In this document: positions 11,699 to 26,510 of the stretch, one piece after another
Position numbering within the stretch: the stretch's first letter is position 1
Layout: every line of letters begins with the position of its first letter
Assembly (NCBI RefSeq): GCF_041146345.1
Contig: NW_027191413.1
Span: 2,728,001-2,792,000 of the forward strand
Direction: 5' to 3'
Source of the DNA: Neodothiora populina
Lineage: Eukaryota
DNA: 64,000 nucleotides
Position numbers and translations under genes: made by a program
The notes under the pieces: model-generated
Database searches by the model: none
Seen by the model: the letters and a program-made list of their open reading frames with translations, nothing else
What the model was told of the DNA's origin: nothing

Positions 11699-14600
11699 TC
11701 ACTCATCGTTGACGCGCCCTGCGCCATGATCGTCCGTGACACCGTCTGCAAAGCACATCCACCAGAAATCCGTAGTGGTCCATCCCACATGCTCACGGAT
11801 CTTCTTCTCCGCCTCTTCCTTGTCTTTCGCATCACCATGAGAAGCCAGCCCCGTACCATTAACAGCAGCAGCAGCGTCTCCACCGCCCACAATCCTCCTG
11901 ACAACCCCAGCCTGCTCGGCCCAGTCTAGCCACAAGTCTATTTCCCACCTCCACATCTTGCCCTTGTACGATGCGGCGAGGACTTGGGCGGTGCAACCGG
12001 GCCTGAAAGCGATCAGGTGCAGAGTAGCCATCGAGACCATGTCCCAGACGCTCTTGATCAATTTGCCGCTGATGTCGGTCCACAGGGGCAGTCTGGCACC
12101 CAGTTCATGTTTCACTTGTAATTCGAGGGGCGGTGGCACGTCGAGTGTCGGGTTGCCGAAGACGTAGCTTGGGGTTGGTCGCAGGGACATCTCGAAATGC
12201 ATTCTCTCGCGGTCGAGTTGGACGGTTTTGTAGTTCCCGTCTGTGAAGCCCCATTTTGTCAGGCGGGGCCAGGGCGCGTCGAAAGAGTTGTTTATGGGTG
12301 GTAGCTCGGGGATTACGGTGAGCATGCCGCGGGCTACGAGGTTTGTTATTGTCAGGATGGCGTGGTCGGGAGGTTGGTTTGGCAGAGAGACTTTGGGCCC
12401 CGGGTTGGTTTTGTTTCTGGAGGCAAATGTGGCGTCTAGAACGTCGATCTTGTAGCGCGCGGCTTGTCGAAGGTGGTTCGCGTCCCAGGTGCGTTTGAAT
12501 GCTGCCAGCACGGTGTCTGAAATGTCGTAGTTGCGGCCTGGCACGGTACGGCCTCTGTTCTCTACGCGTAGGATTCTGGCTCCAAGAAGTTCTTCAAGTG
12601 CACGCGGCAGGACATCCTGCCCGAGACTGTTGAGCTTTTCGTGGGCAGTCGTACTGTCAAAGGCTGCTTCAGGCGTAAAGACATTTGCTCGCACCCATGA
12701 TTTAGCCAACATCAAGCGATCTTCGTCCTCACCCTCGAAGGCAGAGTTACTCGAAAGGGCAATACTATCAGTCGCCTCCATAACAAGCTCATCCCGACGA
12801 TGGAGTGGGCAGTGTGGTGCAAAGTATTCCTCCTTGTTTATGCCAAACACATCGTCTGGTATGTTGATCTCGTATCTTTCATCCAAAAGAGTTCGATCTA
12901 GAGAGAGATCAGGTAGCTCGTCGACATTCGTCTCGAACCTTCTGGGATCGAGCCTGGCTTGGGCCCAATCCACAAGAGAGCTCCAGTCATATTTTTCGGG
13001 CTCCAGATAATCAATTTCTGGTAGCTCACCCTTCTCATATGCCTCAATGAATATATCCTGAAACTTGGCCTGCAATTTATCCGCTGCCGCTGCATGCCTT
13101 CCACGCATGTTGGACCAGCGATTACGACAATAGTTGGGATCGAACTTGTAGTGGAAGATCTGATGCACAATGCCCCAGTTCGGTATCTGTTCTAGCCCTC
13201 CAGCAAGCGTTTTGGAAACGACATATGCAATAATCAAGCGTTGCTCCTCTTCCTTTGTCATTGTGAAAATTCCAGTTCTGGAAGCCCTTGGCGCCACATC
13301 CCTTCTCTGCACAGTCTTCGCTTGTGACGATGGTCGTGACAAACGCTCAAGAGCTGGCGGGAGGGGCTTCCGTGGCCTCTTATTTGCATTCATGCTCTGT
13401 CCAAGTACTTGGACGCTGTTACTTCTCTCGTACGGCACCCCGTCATCACTTCGGGATCTAGACGCACTCGTAATTGCTGTCGGTACGCTTGTATTGGCTT
13501 GCCTGAATAGATCCGCAAGCGACAACGACAACTGTTCGGCTCCAAGTCCTAACAGACCGTCCGCATCAAGTGCGATTGATCTATTGGCTGCGGTCAGGAC
13601 GAGTGGGTCAGTAGAGAATGTGCCACTTGTTGCAGAGTAGCGTTGGTATGGAGTGGTGAAAGTGAAAGCTTCGCTGATTGTGGAGTCAAATCCGTGCTGG
13701 CCACCAAAACTGTGATGCAAGTTCTTGGACCCGATCGTATTGCCAGTTGGTCGATCGTTGATGCGGAAACGCCGTGCATGGTTACCATGCTGTCGCTTTT
13801 CGCCTTGCTGGTTTCTTGTTGCTCCTAGAAGACCAAGTGCTTTGCTATGTGCATTCAGACCAAGGTCTCCCCATCGCTGTAGCTTTGACAACCTCGAGCG
13901 GCCTTTGGGTCCGCGATCGACCTTTGCGCGCTCAGGCTCATGCTCGTAGGTCTCAAGTTGGAAGTCGATCTGCAGAGCATTCTGTGCTTCTTCAATCTCT
14001 TCTTCTTGCTGCGCACGTAGATAACGCTCTTGTCGTTTTTCTTCTTGCTCTCTCTTGCGTCTCCTGTATGTCATGTCTCTTTCCAATTTCGCTTCCGTCA
14101 TTCCAAGTTTTACAGGTATGGGTCTCGATGATGGATGTAGCCTCTTGACGAAAGCTGTATGATCTTCCAAAAAGTGATCCTTGGCTGTTAATTGTATGTT
14201 CTTCCTACTGAAACCGGTACCGTCAGGAGTCTCGAAGTGAACACGGGACTGTAGATCTGTGGCCACTTCTATTCCGAAGGGCAGATACAAGTCAGGGTAG
14301 ACAGTAACAATCTTGTCGCGGAGCTGCTTCACTGCTTGAGACTCCGGATCCACTTCAGGCTCCGTGACTATGTGTTTCGTGACTGTACTCCCATTAGGTG
14401 CTTTGAAGGTAAAGGCAATCTTATTCAAGCGCCCGTCGGCCACCAAGGTCTTCAACACTCGATCGAGGGTACTACGGTCTGGTCGTTGCGTATGCGATTT
14501 TTCCCATTGAGTCACGAACGGAAAGTGTAGCTCTTTGTCGCCGCCAAATATACCCCCGTGCTGGTGAATGATGGCAAGAATTGTGGTTTCGCGTTGGTGC

Positions 14601-17600
14601 TTCGTTATGCCGCCTGACCTCGGTACTCCCACCTTACCGCGCGGATTCGGAGTTTGTTCAACGATTTCTGACGCTTGATCCACAGAAGCACGAGTTTGTT
14701 GGGTGAGGTCTTCGATAGCCTTGTGGCCATTATGCATATGATGACCTGAGGGTCTATCGTTCGCCTTTCCGGGAGTGTAAGGTATCACATTCCTATCAGC
14801 CCGTGTCTGAGGTTCCAACATTTCTGTGTGTGAGGACGGTGCTGGAATAGTTGTGGAATCCGAAGACGCCGTACCAACCTTCTCTGTATCTTGCAGCGCA
14901 GGTGCTTCTGCCATTTCGACATCCGCAACATTGGTGTCCACCTCTCGTGATATGAAGTTATATGTCTCTGATCCAGTTCTGTCCTTTGTAAAATCTGGGA
15001 CGTGCTCAAATGAAGCTGTCTTGTTGTTCGCATCGCTATCTGATCCCATGGAAAGTGAGCTTTCTTGATATGCCTCAGGCATCGCGGATGTTGCAAGCTC
15101 TTGGTTGATCGGAGTAAAGCTGGGTTGACCATTTGCGCCAATTCGAGCTTGCCGTTTTCCAACATGTTCTCTGAGCGAAGTACGACTTCGCCTCTTCCTT
15201 CCACCGGTGATCACAAAGTCTGGCTTGACATGCGCCTCTGGAGAAGGCTCGACGACTGTAGTGATATTGTTCTGCTGCCGCTCATGGACATACGAGTGTG
15301 TATCATCGGCCTGCGGAGTTTCCTGTATTCCTGTAGCTTCGCCATCCCTATCAGGAGTTGGTGGTATCGTCTTAGGATCAGACGTAGTTTCATTGTGTGG
15401 CGCATCTCCCTGCTGCTCGACGAACCAGCTCAGCTCACGCAACCTTGATGATTTTGCGACAGCGATGAGATACTTTGACGGACGTCCCGTAGGCTGAGTT
15501 ATGGTCATCTTTGCTTGGCCAGATCCTGGAGGATTGATGTATATGCGTGGTTGGGACATGTTCAGTAGTTCCGCCTCGATTTCAGCTTTCCTCTCTTCAG
15601 GAGCAACCTTGGGCATTTTATTAGTGGTGACTTCGTCCGACACTTGTTCAAACTGAGAGTCTAGTGATGCACTAGTAGGTGCGGGATCTGATGTGCCTTT
15701 ATCTTTACGGCGCCTTTTTACAGACTTCGCATGAGGACTCTCATGTTCTTGTACACTACCAACATCGGGAAGGTTGACTTCAACGCTTGCCAAATGGTCC
15801 GCGAGTCTCTTGGATCTTGCCTTCCATGCCTTCAATTCAGCCTCGACACGCTTCGGGTTCATCTCAAAGAGCTTCTTCACTTTGGTTGCTTTGCGCGTGC
15901 TAGGCCCCAGAGAAAAATCTATTCGAGATTGTCGTGCAGGTGTCGCAGACGTGCGCTGTGAACTTGGGCGTCTGAGCGACGGATTTGCTGTAGCAAATGC
16001 GTGCTTCGATTCGAAGAGGCGTTTATTCTTTGACGGATCGTAGGCTCTCCGATGATGCGGTTTGATGACCGTACTTTTGCAGACTGCCATGTTCGCCGTT
16101 CCATCGTGGCCGAACATAAGTGCCGGCTGAACTCGAGGAAAGCCCCACTGATCTAGATCGGCCTTCTCACTCTCAATGTCTGAGGACTTTATCCCGATGG
16201 CTTCCCAAGTGACTTCGCCAGCCTCCACCAGCTTTTTGAAATGCTCAAAGCTGCGAAACTGATAATGGGAAGCCCTATTTATGAATGCAGTGTCGCGGAT
16301 GACAGAGAGATGGCGTAGATGTGGCGGCTGCGAGATCCGCCACACGTCTGTAAGCCTTCCCAGTAATTCGTCAAGCGGCCTCCTCCAAAGATGACCCATG
16401 GCACGATCCGTCAAGTCCATAGTACTGATCCCTTCTGTACCGCAGCTGTTGACCAGGTTGAAAACAAATTGGGTATGATGGATTCCCGGGTGCCATTGAG
16501 GTGGGATCCGCTGTTTCGTTCCTGATTCGACGTCGTTTGTATTGTCCTTCGAACCCAGTCCATCAGCCTCTCCAATCGTAAGCTCTGGTGCAATAGGAAT
16601 GATGTCTTTCTCCCGTTTCATATCACTGTCAGCTACCACAGTGGATGTGAAAGCAGCTCTATCTTTTTCCGTAGGTTCACGCGTCAAGTTGATACAGCGC
16701 ACCCAGCGAACCTTTGCTTGCGGCCGGAGCCGTACTATCTTTGGTGTGCGAATATGATCAGCATCGGTGAGGTCTAGAGCATCTTCACCTTCAGCATCGG
16801 CTTCGGCATCGGCTTCAGACTCCGCATCGGAATCAGGTTGGAGTTCCATTTCTTCGACAGGCTGCTCACCAGCCTGCGCCTTCAGTCGGCGAAGTAAGCC
16901 AGTTTTGAATAGTCGTCGCATACATCGGTGGAGTGACCTAGTCTCCCATTTCTTGCCATGGATGCCCTGCCAAGTAAATCAGCGACCAAGATCACTGCTA
17001 GCAAAAGGTCAAAAGTCTCACCATTTCAATGCGCAGATCTTCGACAGCCATTGTGTTGTTGTTCTTCTTGAGATGTCCGATAATCTCATGAAACCATTCC
17101 TCGTACCGAATCATACGATTGGAGCCATCCTGATTGCGCTGTACACCCCCCTCACTGACCTCAAAATGCGTTGGATTAGTGCCTTGCTGCACAAACTTCT
17201 TGAATCGAAGCAGACTAGTCTTCATTCCAAGCCCAACACACAGTTCCTTAGTAATGAGACCTTTCTGGGTAAGGGCGTCCGTTCGCTTGGGTACTGAGCG
17301 CTTGTCCTGGCCTGTTATTCTCGTGACGTCCGGCTGTAGTAGGCCCGCAGGTCCAGCTGCCGCTATCACAGAAAGACATTGAAACTCTAGTTTAGGGATT
17401 CGTTTGTAATCCACACCATGTTCGGTCAATGAATGCCATATGCGGTTCTCATTAGCACAGAGACGCTCATTCGCATGTGCAGCCAAAGTCTGGGTCAGTG
17501 GATTCGTATCACCGGTAGTAATAATGTTGGAGGGTGCAACGTCTCCCTCGGTTTTGACATTAGCAGCTCGGACTTCAATATCAGAATGCTCAACAAGCCA

Positions 17601-17972
17601 TGTCCAGAGCTTTTCAAAACGCTGAGGATCAGAGGCTTGGGGAGAGGCATTTGAATTAGATCCAGGTGGTCTCAGTGAGAACAGTATTTCTCCATCTGCA
17701 TCGTCCGTTTCATCGTTCTCATCCTGCGCAGCTGGAAGTTGCGCGTAGAACGCATTAATAGCATCACTCAGTCCATGTGCGTCGAGACCTGAGTGTAGTT
17801 AGTTGTGAATATTGTATATATCGAATAATGCTTGGAGGAAGGCCCGAATTTGGTGAATTTGCCGAATGTTGACCGAAGTATTCATATGCATAAGCATGGA
17901 CTTACCATGTTCACCAGCGAGCGCAATTTTGAAAAGAAGCTGGTCCAGTAAACCGTCAGTGTCAAGTGCCAT
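11699..17972 (-). CDS. TFC3: TFIIIC B-block-binding subunit (tau138/Tfc3/Sfc3); exons 17972-17906, 17788-17022, 16966-11699
   Basis: N-terminus LLDQLLFKIALAGEHG. The B-block domain reads IWHSLTEHGVDYKRIPKLEFQCLSVIAAAGPAGLLQPDVTRITGQDKRSVPKRTDAL..KGLI.K. The Sfc3 C-terminal region includes AKSWVRAN, GRTVPGRNY and WGFTDGNYKT. Confidence 0.92.
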
Positions 17973-18652
17973 GTTTGCGCATGGTCTGCTCTGTTATGAT
18001 GTCCAAAGACCAAGTGATTGTATGCTATGCACAAATATACACGTGTATATACAAATACCAAAGGAAATGTGGACCAAGAGCTCGAGGTGAGAATCGAACG
18101 CGAGGTGAAAGAGCTCTCGACAGTCGATGGTGAGAATCGAAACAGGAGCTTCTGAATTATCCCACGGTGCTGTGGCTGGGACGTACAAGACAAAGGGTCC
18201 GAGCTTTGGCGGTCTTGGCTTGCGTCTTACACTTATCATTGTCGCCTTAGGCACCCATGACCTTCGTCGATAATCTTCCTGCAAGGAGACATGATTGTTA
18301 ACACGTTGATGGATTTCACTACTTTATGAATGCAAGTAGTACACACAGTATGTGACGAGCTTAGCCATCAGGCATGTCTCCAAGTATCTGGTTCCATTTC
18401 CCGCAGCCTGTGTCTTGGTTCTCCCGTTGAAGCGTGAATGATCTTGCCATATTGCGTGGATGGCGCAAAGACTGCTAATAGAACATGCTCCATATCATAG
18501 ATTTCTTTATATTCTAAGTCCAGGAGAGCGAACTATAACGCTATAGATTGAGTCGACTTTTTCGCAGAAACAAGGGCTCATGTAGATTGGACAGGGTCCC
18601 TCTCGTGTTACAAGATACCAGTTTTGTCATGTCAAGCATGCGGTATGCACTT

Positions 18653-20849
18653 TCAATCATGAGACTCTGCCCATGCACGATACCAGTCCAGACATTCAGC
18701 GTTGGCAACCGATGCTGATGTCTTCACCTTCATTCCGCATAAAATCTGCTTGACCGCTGCTTCGACTCTGCAGAATAGCACGTCAGTATGAAACTCCTGC
18801 GGAGTCAGTGTATAGGATGGAAGACTTACTTCTTCCCGTTCGTGGTGATGGGGATCTCAGGCGTTTCGACAACGATACCTGGAACGTGTCTAGAACTCAA
18901 CTCCTGCCTTACCATCTTTTGCACTTCCTTTACAAGCTCGGTGGAGAACGACTGTCCGATCTTCATCTTCAGGAACAACACGACGGTCTCATCAGTATCG
19001 CTCTCCCTCCGACGCCCAATGCACAGCGCGTCTTCAACTTGCTCGGGAAAGTGCTTTAGCAGGATGTTGTAGATCTCCGCACTCCCAAAGCGCACTCCAC
19101 TAGGCTTTAGTATGCCATCACTACGTCCGAGCATGAACAGTCCTCCCGTAGCGGGGTCGAACCGTATGAAATCACCATGATGCCAAACACCAGGAAACGT
19201 TTCGAAATAGGAGCTCCGGTATCTGGCTTCACCTGTCGGCCCCCAGAACTTCACGGGTTGACAAGGGAATGGCCGAACACAGACCAAGTCTCCGGGTTCG
19301 CCCGTAGAGGAGACGTCTTTGCCTTCGTAGTCCCAAGCGCGTACAGCCATGCCCAGGCCGAGAACTTGAATCTCGCCAGTATACACAGGCGTCAATGGGC
19401 AAGGCGCACCGAATAGGGATATAATGTCCGTACCACCTGTAATACTACCCAGATTGATGGATCCGAAGGCCTTGTAGACATATTCGAACGTTGAAGGTGC
19501 CAAGGGGGAACCAGTGCTGTAAATAGCTTTGAGAGTCTTCAAGCTGAGAACGTGATCCTTCGGCATGATCGACTTCTGCTCTAGCACAGACAGATACTTT
19601 GCGGATGTTCCAAATTGCGTGATTCCTAGTTCGTCGACAAGCCTAGGCATGGCGAGATCGTCGGCAACGGACTCGCCATTCTTGGTGTAGCGGAAAGGCG
19701 AGCCATCGTACAACACGAGTGTAGCACCGCTAGCAAGACCAGATACCAACCAATGCCACATCATCCAAGTACATGTCGTGAAGTAGAACAGACGATCGCC
19801 TGGTCGTATGTCACATTGTAGCATGTGTTCCTTTTTATGCTGAATAAGTGTACCTATGGCACCATGTACAATGCATTTTGGTGCTCCTGTAGTGCCAGAC
19901 GAGTAAAGAATGTAGACAGGGTGATCGGGGTCGAGCTGCTTGAATTCGGTCGTTTCTGGTGGGCTCTGTAGAGAACAGAACTTCTCGTAAGTCAATGCCT
20001 TGCTCGCCAGAGAACCAGAGCCGATGCTGGCACTATCCTGCGTCTGGACTGTTTCGAAGATTATGATGGATTTCAGCGAAGGCAGCGACTCGCCGATCTG
20101 TTCGACCTTTGCCAAAGTAGGATGCGTTTTGCCGTTGTAGATGACAGCATTGTCACAGAACAACAAGACCGGCTCGATCTGCACCATACGATCCAGAACA
20201 GCAGTGACTCCTGTATCAGGGCTGATTGCCGTCCAAATTGCGCCAAGCGAGGAAGCCGCGAGCATAGCAACCAAGGCATTTGTGTGGTTTGCAACGAAGC
20301 CCGCCACACGATCACCAACCTTGACATTGGAGGCAAGCATGCCGGCCTGACATAGCCTGACACGATCTCGAAGCTCTGCCCAGGTCACCGTTTCCCTACT
20401 TGTCTCGGTTGCAGCAATGATTGCAACACTAGAAGGGTCGGGCGATTGAGGAGGAAACAAGAGGTTTTCGGCAAAGTTGAGCCTTGCACCGTGGAAAAAC
20501 GGAGGTCTAGGAAACATTGGCGCGCTCACAGGAAGAACCTACTTGTTTTCAGCATTTCGTGCAGCATGGGTGCAACATGCAGGCGGCTGATCTATCTAAC
20601 CTCTTGGTATGGGGCAGAAGATACAATGCCAACATACTTCCAGACAACCGTCCAGAAGTCTGATATATTGTCGATACTCCATTGATATAGTTCTGGGTAT
20701 GTCTTCATGTGTAGTCCATATTCATTATTTACGTTCTGAAGAAATTCCCACATCTGAGTAGTTTCAGGTGCCGGGTGCTTCCATAATGCCGGGACGAGTT
20801 CCTGATGATTTTGGTCATTCTGACCAGCTGCACTCTCTGTTGTTGACAT
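18653..20849 (-). CDS. Acetoacetyl-CoA synthetase (acetoacetate-CoA ligase); 2 introns
   Basis: FFHGARLNFAENLL, AMP-binding YILYSSGTTGAPKCIVH, YFTTCTWMMWHWL, SITGGTDI, WHHGDF and GRSDGILKPSGVRFGSAEIY. The terminal exon KKVEAAVKQIL...SVANAECLDWY is recovered after the intron near 18.77-18.83 kb. Confidence 0.95.
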
Positions 20850-21673
20850 TTGGATTTAGTCTGACAGTTTATGTTGTAGAAAGCGACACCAGCCTCTCTA
20901 CGGTCCAACAAGTATGAGATTCTTAAATTCGTCGTTACCCCCCGGGTAATGGTGGAGAGTTGACGTGGAGCCGAAGCCGAAGTATAAACTTGGCGCAGAT
21001 CACGATATATTCCGAGGTAAGGTTTCAACATTAACCTTGATGGAATTATCTATTCACGAATCCAAAACTGAAGGCAGATTATCTGCTATGCAAGGCGAGG
21101 AACAATGGAATAGGAATTCATAATGCTCAACCATGTACAGCAAAGATAAATTCATACATTATTGGGTATCTTCTCTCCTAAGCAGACTGCTCAAATGCGT
21201 ACCAATCCCAATGGAGCTTATTTGGCGAGACAAGCAGTTACCGACATGGGCAGATATTCTTTGCTCATACAACAAAGATTATGAGAGCCTGGTGTATTTT
21301 AGTAGTAAGATAGTAGGCTAAATAATTTGGAGGTGCAACCTGATCTCTACAAGTTCAAAGCCTAAGCGTTTTGGTGGTTCTACTTTCACTATATTAACAT
21401 GTTAAGCGCAGCATAGTAAATCGCAAGTGCTGAGCATTGACCGGCAAGAGATATGCTAAGCATTCGTTGAGACTCGAGTGAAAGACGAAAACTTGAGTGT
21501 CAGAGGAAGGCCTTCCGCTGCCCACATAGCGCTGTAGTAAACGATCCTAGTGTACAGTACTATGCAGCTATGCAGCTATCGAGGATAGATTGACCCCTCT
21601 GGCTTACGGGAAAATGTCGAATCGTGAAATTGAATATCAGCCTGGCCCAAATCATTTGCTACAAAGACACCTC

Positions 21674-22520
21674 TCAATGACCGGTACCTCCTTTTGCCCA
21701 AGCCGCATCGGCATCTATTCTTGATAAGCATAGTCCAGATTCATTCGATCGTATATCACTCTCACCTGGATGGATTTTCGGCTCCTGTATATACTCGCGA
21801 ACCTTTTGCTTCTGCTTGTAATCGGTGCCGAATCGGCGATCGCGTTCGCCGACTACTTTCTCGAAATCGAACTGCTCCGCCGATGTAAAGCTTGTCATAA
21901 GCTGCGGCTCCCCGAGCGGAAGTGCATCACCAGGCTGCCATAGGTTGTACACCTTTCCATAGAGATGTACTACTTCCTCCATCTTCATATTGTCAATGTG
22001 ATTCTGGGTAAGGCAACTTTGCAGATCTTACCTCCTTATTCTCGGCGATCTCCCATACAGCAGAGGGGACAACAGGCTGAGGCATGACGAGCATACCTGA
22101 CTTGACTTCAAAGACATGAGAGTGCCAGAGTTCGCGTTCCTTCTTGTCCAGAGTCTCATATAAACGTGGTGTGATCATGTATTCAATGCCTATCAAGCGA
22201 GCGCCAGGCTCTGGAGAATCGTAGAGGATACACTGACGGACCTCTGTGGACAGCGTCAGCCCACATGCGGCTTATCGTTCGACTGGGTGTCGTGTCTCAC
22301 CATCGTTCAGATGAGCGCAATAATGATTCGCTTCAACACAAGTTCCAGGTTTGCTGACATAGGAATGAAATGCGTTGAGGTGGGCACAGATACGCTTGAC
22401 CGGTCTGAAGTCCTGAGTCATGCCTGCGCCTGTCTCTAGAGTCTTGTTCTTCAGAGACTCAGGCTCGCCTTTAATGCTTCTTGAATCAGAGCTAGTTACC
22501 ATCTCGTCGCAATGGCTCAT
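21674..22520 (-). CDS. DUF1264 / oil-body-associated protein (OBAP)-like; 3 introns
   Basis: CAHLNAFH...[35 protein letters not shown]...[15 protein letters not shown]...YGKVY.LWQ.GD.LPLG.PQLM is the DUF1264 signature. The start codon (22520 vs 22503) is uncertain. Confidence 0.9.
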
Positions 22521-23363
22521 TACCACCGATGCTTTCAGATGAGTTGATTGATGGGCGATGGAGCAAGTAAACCTGTTAAGAAATATTACAGTGTAGAACT
22601 GTCAAAGTGATTACTCTCGTATAAGATAAATGCGTGCATATACTCTGTGATTTATCTTAGGTTGTTTGGACTTCACGTGGGATAGATGCACGCAACGCAC
22701 GATGACGTTTGGAATATGGCAGAGCTTCCCATGATGTATCACAACATCACATATCGCGGTCCCTTACATACCTAGGTGGCCAGGTTTTGGCAACAGGGTA
22801 TTGCACCTTGCTTATACAAACACTGTCAGTCATTCTGACGGTGCAGTACATTCAGCAAAGTCGTTGCTAGAGCCATCTACAGTACTTCACTGTACCACGG
22901 GGCGAGTTTCAGCGTCCACTACAAGTATCTGAGGCCGATCTCGGCAGGCGTCGGTACTTGGTCCCAAGTGGAACGCGAGTCACGAAAGTTTGCCGCTCCA
23001 CACTTTTTCCAACGGGATCTTCAAGCACTGAAGCGTGAAGCCCGCACTTTGGCTGAGCCCTGCATGTGGGTGGAGTGGTGGACGTTAGGTTAATCCGAAG
23101 GCGTGGGTTCTACTTTGTGCTTGTCCTTACTGTACAAACAACTTTCCAGTGCATTCTTTCGTTCCATACTTTTATAAGTTACACTGTTACATTCCAACAA
23201 CCAAAGACATACATACCACTCCCCCGTCACACCTCCGAATTTTTAGCTCCCCTTGCATGCTTTCATTCCGGGACATATAACACACGCCGCAGCATCGCTT
23301 CACATGCCTCGTAGTGCTCAGATACACCATTTCTAAAGGCGAGCATCTTCCTCCGGCACAACC

Positions 23364-24941
23364 ATGAATTTCTTTGGCGACCCTGGTCGTAGCAGGCCGC
23401 CGCCGCCGACGATCAAAAAAGTGACGATGAAGGTCCCCGTCAAACCGTCTCCGAGGCCTCAGACAACACAGAGCGCGCCCACGAGATCACTTCCTGTCGT
23501 ACAACGGAGAGCGCCGCCCACACTAAAAGACGAGCCGAAGACAATAGCGAAGAGACTCGCCACGAAACGCAAGTCGCATACGCCGTCTCCTGCCATGAGT
23601 AGCGACGACGATACCGACGGGGAAGGAAGCGCAAGATCACTCACCCCCAACAAGCGCGCACGACCGGATGCGGGCCCGGTTGACGCAGATCGGATCATTC
23701 TAGACGTCAGGGATAGGTCTCGAAGAGATGGCGGACAGTTCCGATTTATTCATGGCGCAGACCTGGTGGAAGGAGAGGCGGGCAAGAAATACTTCAATGT
23801 CTTCGAGGAAGAGGAGAAGCCTGCTAGGATAGAGTTGCAATACCCCAGCGACTCTCGGCGCGAAAGGTAAGTCATGACACAGATCCATGATAAGGAGCCG
23901 AGAACTGACTGTCCTTCAAGATTTACTCTTGTCTATAACGATGTCAAGACTGCAAAGAACACCAACGCCGACTACCAGCCTCTGGACGATATAAGAGAGA
24001 GCGTCAAGTTCATCTGTCAACACTATCTGCCCGCAGCAAAATCCGACGAATGTTTGAACGAAGACACTGGTTTCGAAGCCCGTTTGATCAAAGCAGTCAG
24101 ACATGGATCCTCGGCGGAATACAAGACAGTCATTCGAGATTTCAACGATATGATCACAAAAGCTAGGAAAGAGGGAGAGGTTCGCAGCGTTCTCGAGAAA
24201 CAGCACAGCCTGGGCGACTTGAACTGGGTCCAACGTCTTCTCGACCAGGTATATGCTCGCACTGTCTCGCCTCAAGTGGAGAGCCTGAGAGTCTACGAAG
24301 GGTTCAGCGACAACGTCTATGGAGAACTCAAGCCCCGTTTGATCTCAGAGATGTTCAAGCAGACCGAGCTCAAGTCTGGACAGGTCTTCGTTGATCTAGG
24401 TTCTGGTGTCGGCAACGTCGTTTTGCAGGCCGCATTGGAGGTTGGCTGCGAGAGCTGGGGAATCGAAATGATGGAGAATCCGTGCAAGCTTGCCGATCTA
24501 CAGCGTGAGGAGTTTGCTGCGCGAGCCAGGCTCTGGGGGTTGGCGGTCGGCAAAGTGCATTTGCTCAAGGGCGACTTCACCAAGAACACCAAGATCATGG
24601 AAGTCTTGAAGCGCGCAGACGTGGTCCTGGTCAACAATCAGGCATTCAATCCGGATCTCAACTCGAATCTGATCACCATGTTCCTGGACCTCAAGGATGG
24701 TTGCAAGATTGTCAGTCTCAAACCTTTCAAACCAGAGGGGTTGGAGCTGAAGGAATCCAATATTAACGATATAGCGCATTCCCTTGTCAATGAACGCAAG
24801 GAGATGTACTGGTCTGACAGCGTCAGCTGGACAGACGCTCCGGGTAATTATCACATCGTTACGAAGGATCTACAACGCAGTGCAGAGATGAAGCGTCAAC
24901 TGCAACAGCGCTCCGCTAGACGCTCACGGAGGGCGGACTGA
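23364..24941 (+). CDS. DOT1: Histone H3K79 methyltransferase Dot1; exons 23364-23866, 23921-24941
   Basis: LQYPS...ER/F, YEGFSDNVYGEL, FVDLGSGVGNVVLQAALE.GCESWGIE, VLVNNQAF, IVSLKPF and SVSWT. Confidence 0.96.
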
Positions 24942-25787
24942 GGTACTCGGAGCTTTTCATAGCATTATCGGCGCAATTTGGCATGCAATAGATACCCAGG
25001 ACAGGATTGGCGGTGTTATTGCTAGGGTCAGGCATTCGGATGTTTTGGGTTATTGCTCGACCATCTGAGATCAGCGTGGTGCTGCTTTATCATTCGCGAG
25101 GCATAGCGTGGCGCAGAGCGAGGGAGCATGCATCATACCCATGACTCTGCGAGGAAGAACCATGTAACGATAGAAGAAGATAGAAATACTACAATGACGA
25201 GATGTCCTCTCCATCACCCGTTCGGTCGAGGGCGCCCAAGAACCGAACACAACGGGGCAACGTGGAGCCCGAAGCAATGAGAATTGCAGCGGGGGGGTTT
25301 TTAATTTTGCTTCAGTGTCCACACTCATTTCACCCTGGTAGGTCGGGGTCTCCCCCTTGACGGTGATGAGCTCTAGCTAAGAAGAAGCGTGTTGTGCAAG
25401 GGATGTCTACGAATATTGGGTAAAGATAGCTCATGAGCAAGGAAGAATTACGACATCGTTGAAGCCTTTCACCACGCCGTCTGCTAGATATTCTCTATAT
25501 CTCAAGACGATACGGGAAGATTTTCGGATGTCTTTCTTTTTCGTGCTGTGTAAGAATGAGCTGAGGTTTTGAAGGTTGTCCAACTCGAGAAGTTCGAGTT
25601 TTGATGTTGTGTCGTAGGGAAGGTCAGTGCGTCGAGACAAACAAATCAAACACCAGGGGTCCCGCAGCTCCAGGCATCAAGACGTCACTGTTTCGGCGCG
25701 GATCTTAACTTTTGGTTGTTCATGTGAATGTGAATGTGAATGTCGTGAGTCTTTGCTGTCGCAGACTTGTCGCTCACAATCAGTCAA

Positions 25788-26510
25788 ATGGTACGTTAGT
25801 CTTTTGGTCACGAGATCTATGAAATCAGATACTGATCAAAACACAGCCTCCTAAACGCCGTCCACCAGCGACAGCCTCGTCGGCAGCCAAAGCAGCACCC
25901 AAGAAGCGACCGTCCAAACTCGCCAAAGAGAACGACCTGACCGCAGATCAAGAAGCCGAGATTCAAGAAGCCTTTGCGCTCTTCTCCGTACAAGACCACC
26001 CGGACTTTGAGGACGAAAAAGAGGGAGCGATCAAGATCGAGGATGTCAGAAGATGTCTGATGTAAATACCCTCTTGCAACATCCCTGCTCTCTGCGATCA
26101 AGCAAAGACAGCCGAAAAACTGACCATGTATCCACAGCGCACTCAACACGCCCCCAAACTCGCAATCCGAGCTCTCGGAAATCCTCTCCACCCTCGACCC
26201 CTCGGGCGTCGGCTACGTCAGCTACCCGCACTTCCTAGCCGTCGCAGCACTGAAATTGCACTCGAAACACGACTCGCCTGATGCGCAGGCCGAAGAAGTC
26301 GAGACTGCATTCCAGCTGTTTACGCGCGGCGAGGGCGAAACGATCACGCTGGCGATGCTGAGACGGGTCGCTCGAGAGTTGAGAGAGGATGTTGGGGATG
26401 CCGTGCTCAAGGATATGCTTAGGGAGGCTAATGGGGGTGCTAGTGTTGGGGAGGGGATAGGCAGGGAGGAGTTTGAGGATGTTATGAGGCGGGCGGGCGT
26501 TTTTGCGTAG
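25788..26510 (+). CDS. Centrin/calmodulin-like EF-hand protein; first exon is the ATG only (25788-25790)
   Basis: Spliced product MPPKRR...SKLAKENDLTADQEAEIQEAFALF...LDPSGVGYVSYPHFLAVAALKL...EEVETAFQLFT...ITLAMLRRVARELREDV...LKDMLREANGG...EEFEDVMRRAGVFA, with centrin-like helices and degenerate EF loops. Confidence 0.85.

Noticed and set aside
18653..22520. Acetoacetyl-CoA synthetase + OBAP as a metabolic or secondary-metabolite cluster
   Set aside because: Only two tandem genes, with no backbone enzyme, transporter or regulator, and housekeeping genes on both sides.
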